This document shows positions 9,601 through 23,990 of a stretch of DNA of 64,000 nt, in pieces. The position numbers and the translations under genes were made by a program. Origin of the DNA: an uncultured Gammaproteobacteria bacterium (GTDB lineage Bacteria; Pseudomonadota; Gammaproteobacteria; DRLM01); assembly GCA_963729605.1 (NCBI GenBank), contig CAVSNY010000006.1, forward strand, positions 192,001 through 256,000, given 5' to 3'. The notes below the pieces were generated by a model. The model was not told the origin of the DNA, did no database searches, and worked only from the letters and a program-made list of their open reading frames with translations. How positions within the stretch are numbered: the first letter of the stretch is position 1; each line of letters starts with the position of its first letter.

Positions 9601-12600
9601 GGATGAGCGGGCGCAACGGTATCTAGTAAAGGGGAGTAAAAATGAACATCGGTTTCAATCCTCGCCCGCTCGGATGAGCGGGCGCAACCTCATCTGGAGT
9701 TAACTATAGTAACAGTCTGTGACGTTTCAATCCTCGCCCGCTCGGATGAGCGGGCGCAACAGCTCTTTAGCGCCTGCCCCCTCTTCCCTGGCCTTGGGTT
9801 TCAATCCTCGCCCGCTCGGATGAGCGGGCGCAACCGCCCGCGAGGATTTATTAATTGAGCTATGCGGTGTTTCAATCCTCGCCCGCTCGGATGAGCGGGC
9901 GCAACCGCTTACGCTAATTTGCAAAGCGAGGGTTACAACGTTTCAATCCTCGCCCGCTCGGATGAGCGGGCGCAACACGTTTGAGCGCTCATTCGGCGTC
10001 GAGTGCCACGGTTTCAATCCTCGCCCGCTCGGATGAGCGGGCGCAACCGCCTGAGGCGACACCATCCGCAAATATTACGCTGTTTCAATCCTCGCCCGCT
10101 CGGATGAGCGGGCGCAACATCTCCGTAGGCTACGAGTGCAATCGGGGCTCCCGTTTCAATCCTCGCCCGCTCGGATGAGCGGGCGCAACCAGGATGTAAT
10201 AGCAATGACCCATGACCGCAGCGTTTCAATCCTCGCCCGCTCGGATGAGCGGGCGCAACTAGGGAATCCGTTCTCATCGCGACACTTAAAATTGTTTCAA
10301 TCCTCGCCCGCTCGGATGAGCGGGCGCAACAGCGAGTCCAGCCGCGTTAGTGACAGTGGAAAAAAGTTTCAATCCTCGCCCGCTCGGATGAGCGGGCGCA
10401 ACAGTAGATCGTCGGTGCCGTAGCAGTTGTGGCCTTGTTTCAATCCTCGCCCGCTCGGATGAGCGGGCGCAACCCGGTCTCTTTGGAGCTTCCTGACGAC
10501 TATGCCCGAGTTTCAATCCTCGCCCGCTCGGATGAGCGGGCGCAACCGTCGGGGTGGTGGTGATCGTGGGGACTCCGTCAGTTTCAATCCTCGCCCGCTC
10601 GGATGAGCGGGCGCAACAGCCGATTGCTTTTCGTTCATCGAAACAACTCCTAAGTTTCAATCCTCGCCCGCTCGGATGAGCGGGCGCAACCCGCACTGTC
10701 CCGCGCTCAAAGTCGTAATACATCCCGTTTCAATCCTCGCCCGCTCGGATGAGCGGGCGCAACCCGGGGATGTTGCAGGGAATCAGCGGCGAGCCGGTGT
10801 TTCAATCCTCGCCCGCTCGGATGAGCGGGCGCAACGCTCCACTCGCCGACGATGTTGTCCACGTCAAAGGTGTTTCAATCCTCGCCCGCTCGGATGAGCG
10901 GGCGCAACGATGCGGATTTGCTGGATAGCCGCAACAGCGCCGTGTTTCAATCCTCGCCCGCTCGGATGAGCGGGCGCAACGTGATAGGCAAAGTGGACAG
11001 ATCAACCAACGTTTTGTTTCAATCCTCGCCCGCTCGGATGAGCGGGCGCAACCGGGCGGAGCGCGGCCAATTTTGTGGGGCTGTGCTGGTTTCAATCCTC
11101 GCCCGCTCGGATGAGCGGGCGCAACGCTAGACAAAATTGAGTTACTAGCCGAGGTTAGAGTTTCAATCCTCGCCCGCTCGGATGAGCGGGCGCAACAACG
11201 GGCTGCGCTCGCACTGGGACGCGCTGCCCGTGTTTCAATCCTCGCCCGCTCGGATGAGCGGGCGCAACCCGCGCGCGCAGTCCATCGGCGCCTTCCGCCT
11301 GCAGTTTCAATCCTCGCCCGCTCGGATGAGCGGGCGCAACTAACTTGGCGTCGAGCACCAGCCGGTTGAACAATGTTTCAATCCTCGCCCGCTCGGATGA
11401 GCGGGCGCAACCGCCGGTGCTGCTGGCCGGCGAGGATGTGCCGGTGTTTCAATCCTCGCCCGCTCGGATGAGCGGGCGCAACCGTTCTCGTCAATCTCGT
11501 CGGCCAGATCCGCAATGTTTCAATCCTCGCCCGCTCGGATGAGCGGGCGCAACCGGCGGCAGACGCATATGATTGCGCTGGATGCCGAGTTTCAATCCTC
11601 GCCCGCTCGGATGAGCGGGCGCAACCGTATTCTCCGCCCGTATCTTTTCCAAGTCCTCCAGTTTCAATCCTCGCCCGCTCGGATGAGCGGGCGCAACGCA
11701 ATCGTGTTGCCGTGTTCCACACCCCAGCGCCGTTTCAATCCTCGCCCGCTCGGATGAGCGGGCGCAACAGGTACGTGTAGCCCTTGGCCTTTGCTTTGCC
11801 GATGTTTCAATCCTCGCCCGCTCGGATGAGCGGGCGCAACCACCGTGCCCTCCGTGGCGGTGTATATCGATCCTGTTTCAATCCTCGCCCGCTCGGATGA
11901 GCGGGCGCAACCAACACCCGCCCCGCTTCGGCGGGGCTATTTAACCGTTTCAATCCTCGCCCGCTCGGATGAGCGGGCGCAACGACGATTACGCGCTCGT
12001 TGATGATGATCGGCGCAGTTTCAATCCTCGCCCGCTCGGATGAGCGGGCGCAACACAATGCGGAAATGACAAATCAGACAGAGCACGAAGTTTCAATCCT
12101 CGCCCGCTCGGATGAGCGGGCGCAACGAGGGAGGACGGGCTAGGGGCAAAAGAACTGAATGTTTCAATCCTCGCCCGCTCGGATGAGCGGGCGCAACCGG
12201 ATGCGCTGGCGGGCGTGCGTGTGTGGGAGGGCGTTTCAATCCTCGCCCGCTCGGATGAGCGGGCGCAACCGCAGAGATCGCGCGCGCGGTAATAATCCGA
12301 GGTGTTTCAATCCTCGCCCGCTCGGATGAGCGGGCGCAACTATTGCCCCGTCGCGAGGTTCACGTCGATACCACCGTTTCAATCCTCGCCCGCTCGGATG
12401 AGCGGGCGCAACGGAATCGGTGCCATAGACCGATTCGATCTTGGCGAGTTTCAATCCTCGCCCGCTCGGATGAGCGGGCGCAACTACGTGTCTCAGCTCA
12501 ATTACACGGTGCTGGGCGAGGTTTCAATCCTCGCCCGCTCGGATGAGCGGGCGCAACCGATTGCGCAGGTGATCGACAACAATGTGCTGTTGTTTCAATC

Positions 12601-15600
12601 CTCGCCCGCTCGGATGAGCGGGCGCAACCGGATTTTGCCGGATGGGCGGGCCGAGGTGGCGGTGTTTCAATCCTCGCCCGCTCGGATGAGCGGGCGCAAC
12701 AAAAGGTTCTACAAAAACAAACCGGAGAACCTGAGTTTCAATCCTCGCCCGCTCGGATGAGCGGGCGCAACGCGGAGGCGTTGCCAATGCCCGAGGCAAA
12801 TCGGTTGTTTCAATCCTCGCCCGCTCGGATGAGCGGGCGCAACGCGGCGTGGCTTCGCGGAGTACGGCGTCGGGATAGTTTCAATCCTCGCCCGCTCGGA
12901 TGAGCGGGCGCAACCCGGCATATCTCCGGCGCGCGCCGCCACAAATCGGTTTCAATCCTCGCCCGCTCGGATGAGCGGGCGCAACGGGATCGCGCAGCAC
13001 CCGGCCCTGCTGGCGAGGTTGTTTCAATCCTCGCCCGCTCGGATGAGCGGGCGCAACCACGGCTACGCCGCGAAGATGCAGCGGCTGGAAGTGTTTCAAT
13101 CCTCGCCCGCTCGGATGAGCGGGCGCAACGTTGAATCCAATACGTGTAGCTGCCGCTGGTATCCTCAAGTTTCAATCCTCGCCCGCTCGGATGAGCGGGC
13201 GCAACGAGGTGATTTGCGACACCGCCCTCTCCATACCGAGTTTCAATCCTCGCCCGCTCGGATGAGCGGGCGCAACACGACATCACTCCGGCCTCATCCA
13301 AATCATACGTGTTTCAATCCTCGCCCGCTCGGATGAGCGGGCGCAACCCTCCGCTTCGCGCAAGCGCCGCACGGCGGTCTGGTTTCAATCCTCGCCCGCT
13401 CGGATGAGCGGGCGCAACCATCCCGCGCCGGCAATAGCCACGTGCTCATCATCGTTTCAATCCTCGCCCGCTCGGATGAGCGGGCGCAACGATCGAGCCG
13501 GCGCGCGCCGACGGTGGTGCGCGTGTTTCAATCCTCGCCCGCTCGGATGAGCGGGCGCAACCGTCGGGATGTTGCGAGGCGGCGAGCGCGTAGACGTTTC
13601 AATCCTCGCCCGCTCGGATGAGCGGGCGCAACTTTATCCCGAGCCAGCCCCCGGCCCCCGTTATGTGTTTCAATCCTCGCCCGCTCGGATGAGCGGGCGC
13701 AACGCGTGCCGGCGCGCTTGATCTGCGGCAGCACCGAGTTTCAATCCTCGCCCGCTCGGATGAGCGGGCGCAACTTCCGCCCTATTTTTCCGCGCCGATG
13801 GCGGAATAGTTTCAATCCTCGCCCGCTCGGATGAGCGGGCGCAACGGGGCAGAGAGTAATCAAGGTGCCGGGGACAGAGAGTTTCAATCCTCGCCCGCTC
13901 GGATGAGCGGGCGCAACCCTGCCTGAGGTTGCGAAAGATCATATCGTAAAAGTTTCAATCCTCGCCCGCTCGGATGAGCGGGCGCAACGACCAAGCGCCA
14001 GCTGGAAGCCGAGGTGTGGTTCGTTTCAATCCTCGCCCGCTCGGATGAGCGGGCGCAACCTGAGGTGTGCGCGCTCGATGCGTCCACATCCGGGTTTCAA
14101 TCCTCGCCCGCTCGGATGAGCGGGCGCAACCTCAATGCCGTCACCGGCGGCGGGTTGTTCGGCACGTTTCAATCCTCGCCCGCTCGGATGAGCGGGCGCA
14201 ACCCTGAGGTGTGCGCGCTCGATGCGTCCACATCCGGGTTTCAATCCTCGCCCGCTCGGATGAGCGGGCGCAACCAGCATTCCGCGGCCGCCGACCTTCG
14301 GACGATCAGTTTCAATCCTCGCCCGCTCGGATGAGCGGGCGCAACCCGACGTCGGCGGATCGTTCAGCCAGGCGACACTGTTTCAATCCTCGCCCGCTCG
14401 GATGAGCGGGCGCAACCAGACATCCGCACCACCTGCGCACGGTTCGCGGCGTTTCAATCCTCGCCCGCTCGGATGAGCGGGCGCAACTGTCGCCGGCCAG
14501 CGCCTGCTTTGCGAGGTTGTTGTTTCAATCCTCGCCCGCTCGGATGAGCGGGCGCAACCCGCGCGGCGGGCGTGATGCGGTTGCCCTCGTCACGTTTCAA
14601 TCCTCGCCCGCTCGGATGAGCGGGCGCAACGATACTCAAGCAGCTCGGCCGCTACACGGAAAATGTTTCAATCCTCGCCCGCTCGGATGAGCGGGCGCAA
14701 CCGATACCCGGCCCGCCTTATTAAGGGATCAAGCGGTTTCAATCCTCGCCCGCTCGGATGAGCGGGCGCAACACGCGTCGCCAGCAATTACAAACCGCTG
14801 AGCGATGTTTCAATCCTCGCCCGCTCGGATGAGCGGGCGCAACATCAATTTCTGGTTATGAAAGATGGATCAGAGGAGTTTCAATCCTCGCCCGCTCGGA
14901 TGAGCGGGCGCAACCGCAAATCACGCCCGCCCAGCGCGAGGAGCTACGTTTCAATCCTCGCCCGCTCGGATGAGCGGGCGCAACCCGATGGCGCGGGACC
15001 CAAGTATTGCAAAGCATGCGTTTCAATCCTCGCCCGCTCGGATGAGCGGGCGCAACCGCGTGCTGAGATATACACCGCCATGCAGCGGGTGTTTCAATCC
15101 TCGCCCGCTCGGATGAGCGGGCGCAACGACAAACGGCGTTGCGGTAACAGCGCGACAAATCGTTTCAATCCTCGCCCGCTCGGATGAGCGGGCGCAACGC
15201 GGCTGGCGGGCGATGTATATCCTGTCGGTGCGGTTTCAATCCTCGCCCGCTCGGATGAGCGGGCGCAACCCCTCACCCGCGCCGCCAACCCCGCCGCCGA
15301 ACTGTTTCAATCCTCGCCCGCTCGGATGAGCGGGCGCAACGGCCGCATTCGCCGCCCGCCAGGCGTTGCGCCAGGCGGTTTCAATCCTCGCCCGCTCGGA
15401 TGAGCGGGCGCAACTCACGTTCCGCGGCGTCACGACCGAGATACGCAAGTTTCAATCCTCGCCCGCTCGGATGAGCGGGCGCAACGTTGAATTTCTCGTA
15501 CCGTCCGCTGCCGGAGATGTTGTTTCAATCCTCGCCCGCTCGGATGAGCGGGCGCAACGCGATGAGCCGTGTGCGCGCCGAGGCTCAAAGAAACGTTTCA

Positions 15601-17938
15601 ATCCTCGCCCGCTCGGATGAGCGGGCGCAACGCAAGGCGTTTGTTCGCGGTGGTGAGGTGACGGACGTTTCAATCCTCGCCCGCTCGGATGAGCGGGCGC
15701 AACAACAAAAGATGGTGATCGGCGCGAACAATGCGATGTTTCAATCCTCGCCCGCTCGGATGAGCGGGCGCAACCTGATATTTCACCGGCTGCGCAGAAG
15801 CTAGTAAGCGTTTCAATCCTCGCCCGCTCGGATGAGCGGGCGCAACGTCACTCTCTCCTCTTGTTTACGCTGTGCCGAACGTTTCAATCCTCGCCCGCTC
15901 GGATGAGCGGGCGCAACCTGTGGCCCGCCAATGCCCCGCGCGGCGGTCTCGGTTTCAATCCTCGCCCGCTCGGATGAGCGGGCGCAACGTGGGACAAACC
16001 CCGTTTTGTGGGACAGCCCGTCGAGTTTCAATCCTCGCCCGCTCGGATGAGCGGGCGCAACGCCCAGGCACCCAGGCGTCCCAGGATTTACCCATGTTTC
16101 AATCCTCGCCCGCTCGGATGAGCGGGCGCAACGATTGAGCAGGCGAGCGCTGAACTGCCAGCTCCACGTTTCAATCCTCGCCCGCTCGGATGAGCGGGCG
16201 CAACCCGGTAGATCGTGGGACGCGGCGATCTCGCGCGTGTTTCAATCCTCGCCCGCTCGGATGAGCGGGCGCAACCCCCTGCACTCGTCAACATTCAACG
16301 CTCCGGGACCGTTTCAATCCTCGCCCGCTCGGATGAGCGGGCGCAACTAGATCAGATCGATGCGCACGCGCCGCGTTTGCAGGTTTCAATCCTCGCCCGC
16401 TCGGATGAGCGGGCGCAACCGAATTTGTCCCACAACACATCACGGCTACATGCAGTTTCAATCCTCGCCCGCTCGGATGAGCGGGCGCAACCCCGCATCG
16501 CATTCGGTGGTGTCGCCCCACGAACGGTTTCAATCCTCGCCCGCTCGGATGAGCGGGCGCAACCCGCGCCTGCTTGGCGCTTTGCTGCGCCATCGCTGTT
16601 TCAATCCTCGCCCGCTCGGATGAGCGGGCGCAACATGGTGATGGGGATGAGCCTGGGAAGTCGGCCGAGTTTCAATCCTCGCCCGCTCGGATGAGCGGGC
16701 GCAACCGTCTCCGCCTTCGCACCCGCGCCCACCACCAAAGTTTCAATCCTCGCCCGCTCGGATGAGCGGGCGCAACCGCTTGTCGCGGTACGCGTAGGCG
16801 TGCACCGGTCTGTTTCAATCCTCGCCCGCTCGGATGAGCGGGCGCAACATACGATGGGACGGCCATCACGCCTGGCGATGAGGTTTCAATCCTCGCCCGC
16901 TCGGATGAGCGGGCGCAACGCGGCAGACGCATATGATTGCGCTCGATGCCGAGTTTCAATCCTCGCCCGCTCGGATGAGCGGGCGCAACTTAAGGCCAGA
17001 TGGCATTCCTAAGCATGTTTTTCCGGTTTCAATCCTCGCCCGCTCGGATGAGCGGGCGCAACAGTATTGTGGTCCCACTGCCGCATAGGCAGCTTAGTTT
17101 CAATCCTCGCCCGCTCGGATGAGCGGGCGCAACAACAACCGCCGCGCATGCGTTGTGCGCGGTCTATAGTTTCAATCCTCGCCCGCTCGGATGAGCGGGC
17201 GCAACACGAAGCATCGGCGTGGGCATCCCTAGAGGTAGCCGTTTCAATCCTCGCCCGCTCGGATGAGCGGGCGCAACGGTAGAGGTGTGCAGTTTTACTA
17301 CCAGATCGACGAGTTTCAATCCTCGCCCGCTCGGATGAGCGGGCGCAACATCCGGGTGCCGGCGTAGTCGGTCATGAATCGCTGTTTCAATCCTCGCCCG
17401 CTCGGATGAGCGGGCGCAACGCCATGGAGCCCAGGGCGAAAGACGCGTTGATGATGTTTCAATCCTCGCCCGCTCGGATGAGCGGGCGCAACTTGACCCG
17501 ATCATCAATTTTTCGACGGCCGACGAGTTTCAATCCTCGCCCGCTCGGATGAGCGGGCGCAACCCTCAGCGCCGCGGGCAACTGGACGCGTAGCTGGGTT
17601 TCAATCCTCGCCCGCTCGGATGAGCGGGCGCAACCATGCGGCGTAACTCCTTCCACCGATACCCAAAAGTTTCAATCCTCGCCCGCTCGGATGAGCGGGC
17701 GCAACCGCCGTGCTGTGGCCGTTCGAGACAGAATACAAAGTTTCAATCCTCGCCCGCTCGGATGAGCGGGCGCAACCCGACGTATAACGCCGGGTATGCG
17801 GATGGAGAGATGTTTCAATCCTCGCCCGCTCGGATGAGCGGGCGCAACCCTCTAACGTTTCCGTCGCGAACTGCGTTGCCTGGTTTCAATCCTCGCCCGC
17901 TCGGATGAGCGGGCGCAACACTGGCCGCCGTGTAGTGG

Positions 17939-19145
<1,207 letters not shown>

Positions 19146-21393
19146 TCACCCAGAATCAGGTGGCCAAATCGACTATGCCACTACACCGGCAGGCGGTTGA
19201 TTGCCCGCACTGGTTTCAATCCTCGCCCGCTCGGATGAGCGGGCGCAACTCCGGCGGGGCCATTTAACCAACAACCTGAGGAGTTTCAATCCTCGCCCGC
19301 TCGGATGAGCGGGCGCAACTCGCCGTGGCGGCCGTGCACCGCCCACCAGTCGTGTTTCAATCCTCGCCCGCTCGGATGAGCGGGCGCAACGTACGGCAGA
19401 CAGTGCAGAACATGAGCGCGCCCATGTTTCAATCCTCGCCCGCTCGGATGAGCGGGCGCAACCGGCGGGGCCATCTACTGAACAAGGGGTACATCATGTT
19501 TCAATCCTCGCCCGCTCGGATGAGCGGGCGCAACGCTGTTGTGGGGATGAGGGCCGCGCGTACTACACGTTTCAATCCTCGCCCGCTCGGATGAGCGGGC
19601 GCAACCAGCGTTAAATATAAATCTATGGAGGTGGCGGCGGTTTCAATCCTCGCCCGCTCGGATGAGCGGGCGCAACCGGACCGATCCGCGCAACTGGATC
19701 AAGGCTAATCCGTTTCAATCCTCGCCCGCTCGGATGAGCGGGCGCAACAGCGAGCCAATCGAAAAATCGTGGAGGGATTTATGTTTCAATCCTCGCCCGC
19801 TCGGATGAGCGGGCGCAACGTGTCGCCCTGGCGTCGTCTTTGGTGAGCAAGTTGTTTCAATCCTCGCCCGCTCGGATGAGCGGGCGCAACATGAGGGGCA
19901 TTTTTTTTGCCTGAATGACTGGGTGTTTCAATCCTCGCCCGCTCGGATGAGCGGGCGCAACGGTTGTGGGAACGGCTGCGGCGAATCGGGTATTTTGTTT
20001 CAATCCTCGCCCGCTCGGATGAGCGGGCGCAACATGGGCTGCGCGTTGCCATTCAACCCGCGCTCGAGGTTTCAATCCTCGCCCGCTCGGATGAGCGGGC
20101 GCAACAATTTGGGTCACGGTATGCCGGGATTCCTTAATGGTTTCAATCCTCGCCCGCTCGGATGAGCGGGCGCAACTTTTTCAGCGCGGCGCAAATCAGG
20201 GGGCGCATTGCGTTTCAATCCTCGCCCGCTCGGATGAGCGGGCGCAACACGCGGAAGCGTGGGCCATCATAACGGATGGTGACGTTTCAATCCTCGCCCG
20301 CTCGGATGAGCGGGCGCAACGTCGGTCTCATCCACCATCACCAGGCCGTCGGCCGTTTCAATCCTCGCCCGCTCGGATGAGCGGGCGCAACCACATCGAT
20401 CTCGCCATCGCGCCATGCGCGCCAGTTTCAATCCTCGCCCGCTCGGATGAGCGGGCGCAACGCGCGGGAGGGTGAGGATGATGGCGACACAAAGAGTTTC
20501 AATCCTCGCCCGCTCGGATGAGCGGGCGCAACTCAGAGAGTGGCGTGACGGCGACAGATACAACGGAGTTTCAATCCTCGCCCGCTCGGATGAGCGGGCG
20601 CAACGCCCTCGGTGTCGCCGCACACGTACCACGCGCGGGAGTTTCAATCCTCGCCCGCTCGGATGAGCGGGCGCAACACGCTATAGAGCCATTTTACGAG
20701 TGCTGCGTACTGTTTCAATCCTCGCCCGCTCGGATGAGCGGGCGCAACGGTCGGGCGAATAGTTCTCGCCGTCGAGCCAGCAGTTTCAATCCTCGCCCGC
20801 TCGGATGAGCGGGCGCAACGGGAGTGAGGGGGAATGAGGGGCGCAGGTATGAAAGTTTCAATCCTCGCCCGCTCGGATGAGCGGGCGCAACGCGCACGTG
20901 ATCAGGCGTTGCCGGCGGTGAGCGTGTTTCAATCCTCGCCCGCTCGGATGAGCGGGCGCAACTTTACCACCTCCGTCTCGGCAACCACGCGGTCCATGTT
21001 TCAATCCTCGCCCGCTCGGATGAGCGGGCGCAACACCAGGTGGATGCGTTAAGCCCCCCGCTGATCCAGTTTCAATCCTCGCCCGCTCGGATGAGCGGGC
21101 GCAACGCAGTAATGTTTGTCGTCGGCTGTCGCCTTCCGCGTTTCAATCCTCGCCCGCTCGGATGAGCGGGCGCAACGAGCGCGCCGACGGTCGCTGACCA
21201 TTTGTCGTTTTGTTTCAATCCTCGCCCGCTCGGATGAGCGGGCGCAACCGCGTGCCGCCCGGGCATGAGCACGCGTGGGAAGGGTTTCAATCCTCGCCCG
21301 CTCGGATGAGCGGGCGCAACTTTAGTTACCTCCCGCGCCTCGGGGTCCCGCAGGCAGTTTCAATCCTCGCCCGCTCGGATGAGCGGGCGCAAC

Positions 21394-21574
21394 TGTCATT
21401 TCACAAACAAATAATAACAAAGCCCTTTACTACTATTAAGCGCGAACCTACAAATTATGATGGTGAAAAGATTTTTAGACTCACATGCCATAGTATCTTT
21501 ACCTTTTCTACTTAAATAGTTAGAACAAACGCGAACCTCCCGGCTTTTCCGGCATCGCTTGGGGTTCGCGTGGA
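21394..21574 (-). promoter_or_regulatory. CRISPR leader
   Basis: AT-rich 181 bp between cas2 stop and first repeat, with three CGCGAACC copies (21441, 21530, inverted at 21563). Confidence 0.85.
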
Positions 21575-21865
21575 TTAAACGATCAGCGGCCCGTCGAAGT
21601 CTACTGCCCGGAATTTACCGTATTCTTTGACATGCAGCTCTACAGGTTCGGTAAGGCGATATAGCCGGAGATTATCTTCCTTCTCATCGATCTCCGCGAG
21701 CAGACGGCGCTCCAGCTCCTCATAACGCATTTGATCCACTTTGCACTCGAACACCGACTTCTGTACCCGTTGACCGACGCCTTCGCACACCTTGGCGACG
21801 CGGCGCAACCGCCTCCGGCCTTCGCGGGTTTCTGTCGAGACGTCGTAGGTGACGATGATCAGCAT
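21575..21865 (-). CDS. cas2: CRISPR-associated endoribonuclease Cas2
   Basis: [22 protein letters not shown]; 96 aa after cas1. Confidence 0.96.
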   Translation of the reverse strand: MLIIVTYDVSTETREGRRRLRRVAKVCEGVGQRVQKSVFECKVDQMRYEELERRLLAEIDEKEDNLRLYRLTEPVELHVKEYGKFRAVDFDGPLIV

Positions 21866-21867
21866 GC

Positions 21868-22902
21868 CTACCTCGCCAGAAATGGAAGATAACCTTCCAT
21901 CTCTCCCCGAATGGTGCGGGCCATGAACCGCGCTTGCAGCATGGGCAAGAGGCCGATATTGATCTGGGTCTCCAGCAAGGGATGAATCAGCTCTTCCTGC
22001 TTGCGCTCCTGGTAGGCAACCAGCACTTTCTTGCGCCCGTCGTCGCCGAGATGGACGCCACCGCCTTCTCGCATGATGAAATCACCAACCCCGATCTGGC
22101 CGCGATTAATCAACGTCAAGGCCAAACGATCGGCGACGACGGCGCGAAATTCTTCCATCATGTCCAACGCCAACGCCGCGCGACCGGGCCGCACCGCGTG
22201 GAGGAACCCAAGCTGGGGGTCGAGCCCCACGGCCTCCACCGCCGAACGGCAATCATTCATCACCAGCGCATACAAAAACGAAAGCAGGGCGTTGATACGA
22301 TCTTGCGGCGGTCGCTTCGAACGCCCGTTCATGGCGAAGGCCTCTCTTGCGTCAGAACGAATGAGGTAACGCAATGCGCCGAAGTAATTCTTCGCGGTTT
22401 CACCCTCGATACCTCTCACCGTATCGAGGTCACCCGCGTACTCCAAACGCCGCAGCGCATCGGCCAGGGCATCCGCCGTGCGCCGCAAGGCCGTGGCATC
22501 CCCTTCATCCTTGGCATCTCTCGCGCCACGCAACAACACATGGCGCGCGTTCTTGATCTTGCCGGCAACGATGGCGCGCGACACATCCAGCGCAAAGGCC
22601 TCATCGCAAGCCACGCGATGCTGTGCCTGCCGCAAAAGAATATTGCCGCTCACGGGGCCTTCGAGCCGGGCCTTGAAGCGTCCATTGCGGTCCAGCAATA
22701 CGACGCTGATGCCCTCATCCGCGCAACGATGCAAGGCAATGGGCGACACACTCACCTCGCCAAAACAGACCAATGATCCGAGGTGATGCAACGGCACCCG
22801 CAGACGGTTCTCGCGCTCCACCTGAATGCACAAGGTGTCGTTCTCCAGCCGAACGTAGGCCTCGGGCAGTGTCACATACAGAGTATTGAGGATTTGCTTC
22901 AT
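21868..22902 (-). CDS. cas1: Type I-C Cas1
   Basis: [50 protein letters not shown]. Confidence 0.96.
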   Translation of the reverse strand: MKQILNTLYVTLPEAYVRLENDTLCIQVERENRLRVPLHHLGSLVCFGEVSVSPIALHRCADEGISVVLLDRNGRFKARLEGPVSGNILLRQAQHRVACDEAFALDVSRAIVAGKIKNARHVLLRGARDAKDEGDATALRRTADALADALRRLEYAGDLDTVRGIEGETAKNYFGALRYLIRSDAREAFAMNGRSKRPPQDRINALLSFLYALVMNDCRSAVEAVGLDPQLGFLHAVRPGRAALALDMMEEFRAVVADRLALTLINRGQIGVGDFIMREGGGVHLGDDGRKKVLVAYQERKQEELIHPLLETQINIGLLPMLQARFMARTIRGEMEGYLPFLAR

Positions 22903-23537
22903 GATGAGGATTCCGGCTCCGGCTTGAACAGCGAGCGACGCAAGGCATGTAGTTTTGATTTGGCCGCCAGCGCCTCTGGCTGGCAGATGTCTTTGAGCGA
23001 ACACTCGCGACAACGGTCATCGTTCACTGGCGGTGGCAGCACACCACTTGTTAGCATCGTGCGCACGGCAATCACGGCTTCTTCTACCGCATGCCGCAAA
23101 GCCGGGGTGATTTCGACTTCCCGCCGGCGGCGGGAAGTGGCGTGATAAATGGCGCCGCGACGCACCTCTCTGCCGGTCATCTCTTCCAAACAAAGCGCCT
23201 GCGCGGCCAACTGGATGTCGTCATGCGCGCGGATGCGCCGGGGACCGTGCTTGTATTCCACCGGGTAAGGCGTGCCATCGGGCAGGAACTCGACCACATC
23301 GGCTTTACCGACCAGGCCCAACCGTTCACACCGCAGCCCCAACGACCGCTCGATGCGCACACCGGCCATCTCCTCCACCGCCGGTTCGTCCACCCGCGCG
23401 TGTACCGCACGGCCACGCAGGGTATGGACGTTTTCCTCGAAGGCCTGCTCCAGATGAATCAAGCCGCACTGGCGAGGGCAATAACTGTAGTGTTGTAGCG
23501 CAGACAATGAAATGGGGTCCGGCGGTGATTCGTTCAC
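22899..23537 (-). CDS. cas4: Cas4 nuclease
   Basis: LQHYSYCPRQ, GKADVVE, PVEYK, C-terminal CRECSLKDIC Fe-S cysteines. Confidence 0.95.
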   Translation of the reverse strand: MNESPPDPISLSALQHYSYCPRQCGLIHLEQAFEENVHTLRGRAVHARVDEPAVEEMAGVRIERSLGLRCERLGLVGKADVVEFLPDGTPYPVEYKHGPRRIRAHDDIQLAAQALCLEEMTGREVRRGAIYHATSRRRREVEITPALRHAVEEAVIAVRTMLTSGVLPPPVNDDRCRECSLKDICQPEALAAKSKLHALRRSLFKPEPESSS

Positions 23538-23540
23538 CGT

Positions 23541-23787
23541 TTACTCCCCGAATAAGCGTTGCAATAACTCATCCCTGGAAAGGCGATGATGAGCAGCGAT
23601 CTCGGCCAGAATCGCTGATAAGGTGCCAACCCGCAGCGGGTCATGCTTCGGCACGGTGAGATGGTGCGAACTTGGAGAGTCACCAGGTCAACCTGATATG
23701 ACTGCCGGTCTGCCGGGACGGCTTGTACCCCAATACAGCAAGTCGCTTGATCAGCTCGGCCCCCGACAAATCGCGGGGCATCTTCAT
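23541..23787 (-). pseudogene. hicA: HicA-family mRNA interferase toxin with a +1 frameshift near 23683
   Basis: MKMPRDLSGAELIKRLAVLGY...RQTGSHIRLT then TGG TGA; removing one G continues CDSPSSHHLTVPKHDPLRVGTLSAILAEIAAHHRLSRDELLQRLFGE*. Confidence 0.82.
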
Positions 23788-23990
23788 ACCGCGATGACCT
23801 CCTCCTTGGTGAAATGCAGGCGAATCATGCGCGGTACCTTGCCTTCGTCGAAATGGCAACGCACCGCATCCCGCACCCGCTCGTACAGCTGGTCGAGATC
23901 GTCGGCCTCGGTGATGATGGACTCTCCCAACGAGCGGGCCACATACCCGCCTTCGGGCGCCTCCTCGACGACAAAGAATATTTCGTTCAT
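23784..23990 (-). CDS. Short HicB-like antitoxin (68 aa, no DNA-binding domain)
   Basis: EIFFVVEEAPEGGYVARSLGESIITEADDLDQLYERVRDAVRCHF; ATGA overlap with hicA start. Confidence 0.8.
   Translation of the reverse strand: MNEIFFVVEEAPEGGYVARSLGESIITEADDLDQLYERVRDAVRCHFDEGKVPRMIRLHFTKEEVIAV

Noticed and set aside
21561-21580. CGCGTGGATTAAAC resembling the 3' end of a canonical I-C repeat
   Set aside because: Opposite orientation to the array; explained by the cas2 stop plus the leader CGCGAACC motif
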